This document shows, piece by piece, positions 1 to 6,820 of a DNA stretch of 19,667 bases. Location: positions 1 through 19,667 of the forward strand of contig DUFS01000003.1 in NCBI GenBank assembly GCA_013331805.1, in the 5' to 3' direction. The stretch is from Candidatus Micrarchaeota archaeon (GTDB taxonomy: Archaea; Micrarchaeota; Micrarchaeia; Anstonellales; Anstonellaceae). Numbering within the stretch: position 1 is the stretch's first letter; the number at the start of each line of letters is the position of its first letter. The notes beneath the pieces are model-generated. The model worked only from the letters and a program-made list of their open reading frames with translations. It did not search any database and was not told the DNA's origin. Made by a program: the position numbers and the translations under genes.

Positions 1-72
1 GGAGGGGCCGCGGGGCTTGTCCACTATCACAAAGGAGCAATTAAAAAGTTGTTCGAGGGTCTGTTCAGGCAT
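1..72 (-). CDS. cbf5: H/ACA RNA-guided pseudouridine synthase Cbf5 / TruB family, N-terminal fragment (runs off window edge)
   Basis: Not in the ORF track; translated by hand from ATG at 72: MPEQTLEQLFNCSFVIVDKPRGPS. The VIVDKPxGPS segment is TruB/Cbf5 motif I. GAGGT SD-like site just upstream. cmk-eL14-cbf5 is the usual archaeal gene order. Confidence 0.85.
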   Translation of the reverse strand, partial: MPEQTLEQLFNCSFVIVDKPRGPS

Positions 73-161
73 TTTGGACCTCTGCAAGGATGGAAACTGC
101 AGACGTGTTGATTTGGCGGAAAGGATTAAAACCAATAGCCCGAAGAACTGGCAGACATATG

Positions 162-172
162 TATTTATATAC
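162..172. promoter_or_regulatory. TATA box in the divergent cbf5/aminotransferase intergenic region
   Basis: TTTATATA at 164-171 lies ~23 nt before ATG 194, the geometry of a leaderless archaeal transcript. It reads TATATAAATA on the minus strand, so it could also serve cbf5. Confidence 0.55.
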
Positions 173-193
173 AAAATACAACATAAAGAATTT

Positions 194-1252
194 ATGGCTG
201 TGATGAAAAAACGCTTACCCATAATCCATGCAGACAGGGATGAAAACAATTTTCCCCTGCCAAAAAAAGTCGTTGGCGTTATTGGCAGGATGGATCAGAA
301 TACTATTGGATTTTACAGGAAAAATGACCCACTTGTTGGGCGTATTGCTGCAGAACACAAGATTACAGAGGATAGGGTTTTTCTTGGACAGGGAGCTGAA
401 GGAGTCATAAACCAGGTGTTTGACTCGATAATGAAAACAAACCCTAACGTTTTACTTCCATCTCTTGGATATTCGCTTTATTTTGACATTGCACGCGCGA
501 GGGGCGCGAATATTGACACCTTCAGGTTTGTAGAAGGCGCTAACTCCTACTACTATGACGTGAGAGATGTCGTTTCCAGATTGAGCCAGAAGCCGGGATT
601 GCTTGTTTTGATTGACCCTGAAAGCCCTCTTGGTTTTTCTATAAAAAAGAAAGATTTGGATGCTATACTGGAAAAGACAGAAGGCAACACCGTAGTGATT
701 TTGGACCAGGCGCATGAGGGAGTAAGAACGGGAGAAGTGAAGAGCATCAAAGAACTTGTCGGAAATTATCCGAATCTCATCGTGGTGAGGAGCTTTTCAA
801 AACTATACGGGCTTGCGAGCCTGAGGATAGGATATGCGGTATGCGGAGAGAAAGCTGGAAGAAACTTAACGCTTCCGTCGAATCGGCTGGGCTTCCCGGG
901 CATTACACAGGACATGGCAATCGCCGCCTTGGATTCTAAAGATGAATACGGGAAAATAGCCCGACAAGCCAGAAAACAGAAGAGGAAGTTCAATGAAGCT
1001 GTCGGCAAAATGAGGAATTACGGGGTGCATGAAACAGATCATCTTTCATGCATGGTAAAGGTGCCTGAAAACTACAATAAAACTCTCATCAAGCTTGCAG
1101 AAGCGCGAAACATCAGAATTAGAAACCTGGTAGATTATCATCCTGAACTTAACTGGTTGTACAGGGTGACAATAGGACCGGAGGAGCAGACTGTCAGGCT
1201 TATCGAGTTATTCCAGGCCGTTGATTCTAGCATGGCTAAGAGACTCAAATGA
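194..1252 (+). CDS. Class I/II PLP-dependent aminotransferase, histidinol-phosphate aminotransferase/CobD-like fold, divergent
   Basis: RSFSKLYGLASLRIGY (PLP lysine motif), GQGAEG, C-terminal YRVTIG. Start moved from 17 to ATG 194 (or 203) because 17-72 overlaps cbf5 and a TATA box precedes 194. Confidence 0.85.
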   Translation: MAVMKKRLPIIHADRDENNFPLPKKVVGVIGRMDQNTIGFYRKNDPLVGRIAAEHKITEDRVFLGQGAEGVINQVFDSIMKTNPNVLLPSLGYSLYFDIARARGANIDTFRFVEGANSYYYDVRDVVSRLSQKPGLLVLIDPESPLGFSIKKKDLDAILEKTEGNTVVILDQAHEGVRTGEVKSIKELVGNYPNLIVVRSFSKLYGLASLRIGYAVCGEKAGRNLTLPSNRLGFPGITQDMAIAALDSKDEYGKIARQARKQKRKFNEAVGKMRNYGVHETDHLSCMVKVPENYNKTLIKLAEARNIRIRNLVDYHPELNWLYRVTIGPEEQTVRLIELFQAVDSSMAKRLK

Positions 1253-1268
1253 CCCTGGAAACAAGCAG

Positions 1269-1292
1269 AAAAACGCGGGAAAAATGGAAAAA
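1269..1292 (-). terminator. Oligo-T terminator candidate after eL14
   Basis: Three T5 tracts on the minus strand (A5 at 1269-73, 1280-84, 1288-92) right after the eL14 stop, between convergent genes. Confidence 0.5.
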
Positions 1293-1481
1293 TCAGGCAG
1301 AAACGGTCGTGCCGGTCGGCTCCAGGTGAAGGACGCTGCATTTCCTTTCGGGCTTCTTCTTGCGCGCTGGCGAGCGGACCATTACGAAATTCCTGTCGAT
1401 TATTTTGGTCACGACCACCTTTTCGCCGGCGTCGCGCCCCTTTGTCTTTATGCAAACCCTTCCAACCGAAATCGCTGCCAT
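1293..1481 (-). CDS. rpl14e: 50S ribosomal protein eL14 (short, 62 aa)
   Basis: MAAISVGRVCIKTKGRDAGEKVVVTKIID..HLEPT, a KOW-type eL14 pattern; position after cmk. Confidence 0.92.
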   Translation of the reverse strand: MAAISVGRVCIKTKGRDAGEKVVVTKIIDRNFVMVRSPARKKKPERKCSVLHLEPTGTTVSA

Positions 1482-1499
1482 GTGTACCACCAATGAAAA

Positions 1500-2174
1500 T
1501 TACTTCCTTTTTTTCTTCCTTGCCGGATTGATTTTTTTCTTCGCAGATTTTTTTGCCTTATTTGTTTTCGCCTTGGCTTTCTTTCCCTTTGTTGCCGGGG
1601 CTTTCGCATGCCACCTGCGGAGAGTGTCCACGCCCATGCGCTCGCATATGACCGAGTGGCCCACCTTTGCCGCTGCGGCCTCGATTATTATGTCCGCGGC
1701 CTCTTCAGGCTTGAATTTTTCGGAGTTAATCACGATATCGAAGTCCGAATGGTCGTAAATGTCAATCCTGTAAACGTCCAGGTATCTTGTCCGGTTGGAT
1801 GCGTCCCTCTCGGCGAGGTGCGCAAGCGCCTGCTCGCGCGTCATGCCGTCCCTTGCCGCGACGCGGGCTGCGCGGGCGTGCTGCGAGGCGGATATCCAGA
1901 CGCGCAAATCCGCATTGAGGACCATCCAAGGCGCAAGCCAGGTTGTGACCACGCAGGGCCCCTTTTCCACCTCGGCAATAAGCGCGGCGTCAAAATTCTT
2001 GTCTATGTTGTGCTCCTTCTCAGCCTTCCTGTGGAACTCCATCAGGTCCATCCTTCGCTCCTCTGCCAGGGTCTTGAACGTCGGATCGACCAGCCTCAAC
2101 CGGAGCTTTTCCGCTACGATTTCGCCGACGGTGTTCTTACCGCTTCCTGACAGCCCTGCGATTGTGATTATCAT
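1500..2174 (-). CDS. cmk: Archaeal cytidylate kinase with long basic C-terminal tail
   Basis: ITIAGLSGSGKNT P-loop, R..R...RDG, RY..Y.ID..D.S.FD.VINS; position between eL34 and eL14. Confidence 0.92.
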   Translation of the reverse strand: MIITIAGLSGSGKNTVGEIVAEKLRLRLVDPTFKTLAEERRMDLMEFHRKAEKEHNIDKNFDAALIAEVEKGPCVVTTWLAPWMVLNADLRVWISASQHARAARVAARDGMTREQALAHLAERDASNRTRYLDVYRIDIYDHSDFDIVINSEKFKPEEAADIIIEAAAAKVGHSVICERMGVDTLRRWHAKAPATKGKKAKAKTNKAKKSAKKKINPARKKKRK

Positions 2175-2198
2175 TTCAATTCCACCTGTGCCTTAATC

Positions 2199-2525
2199 TT
2201 ACTTTGAGGCAAGGTACCGCTTAACGTACGGGAGCATTTTGAGGTTGACCTCCTCAAGCGGCATTGCGCCTTCCTTTACCCTTGTGGCGATCACTATGAC
2301 GCGCGAGGCGGCGGCGGAGCTTAAGCTGCCGCCGAATTTGCGGTTGGGCCTGCGCGCCCCCTTGTGCAGGCTGCGTTCTGAGCTCACGCCCTGCAGCCTT
2401 GCGCCCGACAGGCCGCAGGCGTGAACGTTGCCTTTCCTGATCCGCCTGTAGTGCACCGTTGCCCCTTTCGGAGTGCGCTTGTAGATGCGGCGCACGGAGT
2501 TGGAACGGTTCCTTGGAAGAGTCAT
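2199..2525 (-). CDS. rpl34e: 50S ribosomal protein eL34
   Basis: RS.S.RRIYKRTP.G..VHY, LQGV, RPNRKFGG.L; conserved position. Confidence 0.92.
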   Translation of the reverse strand: MTLPRNRSNSVRRIYKRTPKGATVHYRRIRKGNVHACGLSGARLQGVSSERSLHKGARRPNRKFGGSLSSAAASRVIVIATRVKEGAMPLEEVNLKMLPYVKRYLASK

Positions 2526-2572
2526 CTTAACACCTCATAGCTCAACAGGTTGCCCATGCTCATTTTTTCATT

Positions 2573-2598
2573 GCAGTGGAATTTCCATATTCCACTGC
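2573..2598. repeat. Perfect 10-bp inverted repeat (hairpin) between DUF106 and eL34
   Basis: GCAGTGGAAT (2573-2582) / ATTCCACTGC (2589-2598), 6-nt loop. Confidence 0.8.
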
Positions 2599-2607
2599 GG
2601 ACAAAAT

Positions 2608-3687
2608 TTATCGAAATTTTGTCCATATGCGGCCCAATGCCGACCTTGTCACGCTGTAGGCAATCCCTGACACAAACGCAAAAAATATGAACACTCCGTT
2701 CGAGCCGATTATGCGGCGGATGTTTAATAAAGGTAGCGGGAATGGCAGGTCGACGTGAAAGAAGGTTCCTGAGTTGAATGTTGCCTCGAGAATTGCGCCT
2801 TGGGGGGCATTGTTTACCCACACCACTGCCTCATCGCCAAACAATGTTCCGTGCTTTGCAAGGTGATAGGTCTGGTTGCCGATTGCCATGGTTTTTTGCG
2901 AGCTTTCGGAAAGAATGAAGCCGGATATTTCGGATATCTCCTTGTCAGCAATTTCTACCTTGTTTTCCCTGAAGGACCTCACAATTTCGTTGAGGTTGGA
3001 TTGCGAGGAGAAAACACGCTGCATTGGCCTTGCGAAAACAGCCACTGCCTGCCCGCCAGAGTATTCCGTTTTGTCAGTGGTCACGTTGAGCGAATAGGGC
3101 TTCTTGCCTGAAAAGGAGTCGAGAAAGCCGGTGACCGAGACTGACTGGAGCCAGACGTCCTCGGGCTTGCCCCATTGGTAATAGATTGCCGCGTCCTGCC
3201 TTGCCAGATGATAGCCCTCGCTGGAATTCAGATTCACGCTTGCTACCCATGCGCCCTTCACTCCATCAGGCGGAAGCGGGTAGCAGCCTGAGAAAATGCC
3301 GTCCCCGGGCAATGCATCGCAATGCGAAGCAAGCCCGTCGTCATATAACCCCACGCGCACGTCGTCTTCCATGCCTGGCTCGAACGCAGGGAAAAGCAGG
3401 GCGACTGTCGGGTAGTACAAGAGCAGGAAGATCGCAGTCATCTGGAGCTGCATTCCCACAAGCTCGAATGTGAGTTTGTTGTACCTTTCGGTTTGCTCCT
3501 TGTACTCAGGGTCGCGGCCGGATTTGGCGGCATCAAGCATTTTTTTCTGCACTTCGGTCATTTCCTTCTGCAGAGCCTTCATGCGGCCTTTGCCGCCTAT
3601 GTTGTTCTGGATGAAATTGACAATCACCGCGTAGATTGCCGCAACGGCAAGGACGAATAGCCAGAAGTTCTGAAGGTCAAAAAGCAA
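2608..3687 (-). CDS. DUF106 / EMC3-TMCO1-Get1 (Oxa1 superfamily) membrane protein with large extracytoplasmic insertion
   Basis: TM1, cytosolic coiled coil (RMKALQKEMTEVQKKM), TM2, long loop, then LPFPLP..G...FIFFAF TM3; canonical slot between adk and eL34. Likely start TTG 3687 (GGTGTTTTGC-TTG mirrors adk's GGTGTTTTGA-ATG); GTG 3696 is the alternative. Confidence 0.85.
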   Translation of the reverse strand: MLFDLQNFWLFVLAVAAIYAVIVNFIQNNIGGKGRMKALQKEMTEVQKKMLDAAKSGRDPEYKEQTERYNKLTFELVGMQLQMTAIFLLLYYPTVALLFPAFEPGMEDDVRVGLYDDGLASHCDALPGDGIFSGCYPLPPDGVKGAWVASVNLNSSEGYHLARQDAAIYYQWGKPEDVWLQSVSVTGFLDSFSGKKPYSLNVTTDKTEYSGGQAVAVFARPMQRVFSSQSNLNEIVRSFRENKVEIADKEISEISGFILSESSQKTMAIGNQTYHLAKHGTLFGDEAVVWVNNAPQGAILEATFNSGTFFHVDLPFPLPLLNIRRIIGSNGVFIFFAFVSGIAYSVTRSALGRIWTKFR

Positions 3688-3712
3688 GCAAAACACCGCT
3701 GCACAATTGCAG

Positions 3713-4255
3713 CTATTCCAAAAGCCGGAGCAGCGCCTCCTGCGCCTCTTTCAGCTTCCCATTCCTGTTCGAGATAATGAGCGCAGGCGCTCCTGTGAGG
3801 CAGGAATAGGCTGCAAGGAAAGAGCGGTTCATGCTGTCGTGCTCCAAGAGCGAATCGGCGCTCTCGGCATCGCGCACGCGGGTGGTGTCCGACTTGCGCC
3901 TGCCGATTATCTCGTCGATGGGTGCGGTGATAAGAACTAGATAGTCAACCTTGAGGGAAGAAAGCAAGGAGTAGGGGAGGCCGGGAAGGTAGCCTTTTGG
4001 CGTGGAAATCGAGCAGTGCGTGTCAAGTATGACTTTCCCCTTCATTTCTGATAGCGCCATGCCCACTGCAGACTGGACTTTTTTCTGCGTTTCAGGAGGC
4101 AGCTTGCGAAGCTCGTCCCTGTGCTTGACGCCGAATTCCTTCGAGGCGATTTCAAACATCAGGTCTCCGTAGTTCACCATCTTGTAGGTGGATTTTGAGG
4201 CAGCCGCAAGCACAGTTGACTTGCCTGCGCCAGGCAACCCCATAACTATGATCAT
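3713..4255 (-). CDS. adk: Archaeal-type adenylate kinase
   Basis: GLPGAGKST P-loop, NYGDLM, DTH, PKGYLPGLP; directly after secY. Confidence 0.95.
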   Translation of the reverse strand: MIIVMGLPGAGKSTVLAAASKSTYKMVNYGDLMFEIASKEFGVKHRDELRKLPPETQKKVQSAVGMALSEMKGKVILDTHCSISTPKGYLPGLPYSLLSSLKVDYLVLITAPIDEIIGRRKSDTTRVRDAESADSLLEHDSMNRSFLAAYSCLTGAPALIISNRNGKLKEAQEALLRLLE

Positions 4256-4270
4256 TCAAAACACCTTTTC

Positions 4271-5794
4271 CTATTTTGTCCCCAAAAGCCCGCCCAATGC
4301 GGAGTAGGACTCGAACAGGCGCTGGTTCTCCAAGTCCTGGTACATCCTGTAGAGTATTCCGACTGTGAGCAATATGCCTGTTCCGGTCCCAAGCGCGCCT
4401 GACATGTCGGCAAGCGCGGCAAGAAGGCCGACAAAAGCGCTGCCGATCACAGTGATGTAGGGAATGTAATCATTAAGCTTTTTTTCAACCACGCGCGGGT
4501 CGCGACGAAAGCCAGGTATCTGCAGGCCTGACTTGTCCAGCTGCTCAGCCACTTCCTTGGCGCCCATGCCGGTTGTCTCAACCCAGAACTGGCCAAAGAC
4601 AATACACAGGCCCATCATGAAAATAATGTAAACTATTACGTGGAAGTATTCGGGTATCCCGAAAACCGGGGTGGTGCCGGTGATAAGCTGCCCGAAATAA
4701 GCGCCATAGTTGCCCTGAAGCGGCCGGTAAATCGGGGAGATCATGTAGAAAAGGCCGTCACGTATCTGCCTGCTTCCGTCCACAAATGCGATCGACTGCA
4801 CCAGGTCAATGCCGCCCTTGCATTTGTTGAGTTCGGCGCTTGCAAGGTCGAATTCCCCTGTGATGCAGAAATGCTTGTCCTGCAATCCGACTGCGAAAAA
4901 CTGCAAATTCAGGAGAAGCGCCGAAGCGAGTATGACCGGTATGTTGGATACATAGAGGAGCTTGATTGGGAAACGGCTGCCAAAGCCGCGGGCCCTGTCG
5001 AATGCGAGCGGGATTTCCACCTTTATGCCCTCAGCATATGAGACCACCAGGAAGACCGCTGCAGTGAAGAAAAGGGGCAGCATTGCAAGAAGCGCGTTTG
5101 GCAGAGCCTCTGCGCTGCCTGAGGAAAGGGCTTCTATCACGCCGGCAGGGCCGGTAAAAAGAGCTAAAGCTCCGCCGACTATTGCCATTGACACGCCGGC
5201 TGCGATGAAAAGCGAAATTCCGCTCCCGATACCGTGCTTGGAAACCACTTCATCAAGGTAGAGAAGGATGAGCGAGCCCAGCGCCACCTGGAAAATCACA
5301 AGAAGGGTGGTGACGGGCGCATTCAGGGCCTGCGTGCCATCGGCGTTGAGCGAGTAGCCTTCCCCAAGCGTGGGAAAAAGGGGAACCAGCGCAACGCGCG
5401 CGAAAATCACGAAAACCGCTGCCTCGAAAAAGCAGAGGAGAACCGCAAGAATTTTCTGCGCCCCCTGGAACGTGCGCTTCTCCTCAGGGTTGCTCATGTC
5501 TATGTTGAGTATTTTTGCGCCAGTGAATAGCTGCAGGAAAATGCTGGCAAGCACAATGGGGCCGATTCCGACCGTGATGAGCGAGCCTATGCGGCTGGCC
5601 GTGACCACCTGCAGGAAGTCCGCGCCTGCCGTGTTGGGCTGAACGCCGACTGCCACCACGTTGTACATGGTGAAGAATATTACAAGAGCGATCCCTGTCC
5701 ACATCAGCTTTTCCATGATGGGCGGGGGGCGCTGCGGGGAGCCCACCTCGGGTATGAGGTGAAGCACGGGTTTGAGGAAATCAAGCGAGCCCAT
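4271..5794 (-). CDS. secY: Preprotein translocase subunit SecY
   Basis: GIGPIVLAS, DEVVSK.GIGSGISLFIAAGVS, FPIKLLYVSNIP, IPGFRRD, GTGTGILL; about 10 hydrophobic segments. ATG 5794 preferred. Confidence 0.97.
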   Translation of the reverse strand: MGSLDFLKPVLHLIPEVGSPQRPPPIMEKLMWTGIALVIFFTMYNVVAVGVQPNTAGADFLQVVTASRIGSLITVGIGPIVLASIFLQLFTGAKILNIDMSNPEEKRTFQGAQKILAVLLCFFEAAVFVIFARVALVPLFPTLGEGYSLNADGTQALNAPVTTLLVIFQVALGSLILLYLDEVVSKHGIGSGISLFIAAGVSMAIVGGALALFTGPAGVIEALSSGSAEALPNALLAMLPLFFTAAVFLVVSYAEGIKVEIPLAFDRARGFGSRFPIKLLYVSNIPVILASALLLNLQFFAVGLQDKHFCITGEFDLASAELNKCKGGIDLVQSIAFVDGSRQIRDGLFYMISPIYRPLQGNYGAYFGQLITGTTPVFGIPEYFHVIVYIIFMMGLCIVFGQFWVETTGMGAKEVAEQLDKSGLQIPGFRRDPRVVEKKLNDYIPYITVIGSAFVGLLAALADMSGALGTGTGILLTVGILYRMYQDLENQRLFESYSALGGLLGTK

Positions 5795-5845
5795 TTGAAT
5801 CAACTAGATTGCACAGATAAACTTTCAGAGGTTATAGGGCTCATG

Positions 5846-5856
5846 TTTATATTTAA
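5846..5856 (-). promoter_or_regulatory. Internal TATA-like promoter for secY
   Basis: TTAAATATAAA on the minus strand ~52 nt upstream of the secY ATG, in an AT-rich spacer. Confidence 0.5.
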
Positions 5857-5875
5857 TTAGGTCTTTGGAAGGCAG

Positions 5876-5890
5876 GAAAAAAGAAAAGGC
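5876..5890 (-). terminator. Oligo-T terminator candidate after the inserted gene
   Basis: CCTTTTCTTTTTTC on the minus strand just after the TAG at 5894. Confidence 0.45.
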
Positions 5891-5893
5891 GCG

Positions 5894-6817
5894 CTAGTTC
5901 TTGCTGAATTGCTGGTCGTCATTCGGTTCACTTGGAGGCTGCTGCTTAATCTTTGGTGCAGCCGGTTCCTTTGCAGCAAACGTTTCCAGCAATCTTTTGG
6001 ATATTGCGCCTACACCCATTGCCACTGCCCCTACAATCACCCAGGTCTGGGCAACCGGCCATGCCTTTGCCATGGACTCGAAAAGCCCGTTTTGGCCAAG
6101 CTGCGAAAGCCACTTGTCAAGAAACGCGGAAACTGCAACCGTTATTGCCGTGAATTTGGCTGTCTTTACAATGAAATCTATTGCGGCGTTCGCCAAGTCG
6201 CTGGAACCCATATTGGCTTTCTCATTCATCTTTCTTTCCAGCTTTGCCATTTCGTTCAATGCATTGTAGATGACCATAAACAATAGCGGAGCCCATGGAT
6301 TTTGGGATAAGAAGTGCCCGGCATCGCCAATGAGATTCAGGGGGCCTTTCAGCGCCTCTTTGGCAAAATTGAAGCCGTTTTCAATGGTCTCCCAGCACTG
6401 CGCAAGGAAGCCTCTGGGCCTGCTGTCGAACTGTTTTTGGAGGTTTCCCGCATCCTTGGCGGCCTGCTCCACAGCGGGTTTCATGCCCAGGGCAGTCTGC
6501 CTTGCGGTTTCGACTGCTTCTTGAAGAGAGGAATCGTTGAGATTTTTCAAAGAGGAATCCTTGAGTGCTGAAAATTCTTTCAGATTAGCTAAATATTGAT
6601 TTGCGAGGCTTTCAGCATGCGCCTTGGCATTCTGGATTTTCTCAGGAGTTACTTCCTTGTCTGCAATGAATGCGTTTTGCCTGTCTATGGCGGGCTTGAG
6701 GTTCATGAAAAATTTCACTGCCACCGCTGTGCCTGCCAGCACTTTGGCGCTGGTCTTAATCAGCTTGGGGGCTTTTTTCAGCTCGCTTGGGATGTATGGA
6801 ACAGTCTTTTGTGCGAT
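5894..6817 (-). CDS. Hypothetical membrane protein (N-terminal hydrophobic segment, coiled coil, 2-3 C-terminal TM/amphipathic helices)
   Basis: Frame is open from 6835 to 5894. First standard start is GTG 6742 (282 aa), but SD AGGTGA plus a TATA box point to ATC at 6817 (307 aa). No family motif recognised. Confidence 0.75.
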   Translation of the reverse strand: MAQKTVPYIPSELKKAPKLIKTSAKVLAGTAVAVKFFMNLKPAIDRQNAFIADKEVTPEKIQNAKAHAESLANQYLANLKEFSALKDSSLKNLNDSSLQEAVETARQTALGMKPAVEQAAKDAGNLQKQFDSRPRGFLAQCWETIENGFNFAKEALKGPLNLIGDAGHFLSQNPWAPLLFMVIYNALNEMAKLERKMNEKANMGSSDLANAAIDFIVKTAKFTAITVAVSAFLDKWLSQLGQNGLFESMAKAWPVAQTWVIVGAVAMGVGAISKRLLETFAAKEPAAPKIKQQPPSEPNDDQQFSKN

Positions 6818-6820
6818 AGA

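Noticed and set aside
17..193. 59-aa N-terminal extension of the aminotransferase in the ORF track
   Set aside because: It overlaps the cbf5 start on the opposite strand and runs through a TATA box; family similarity begins only after Met 194/203.
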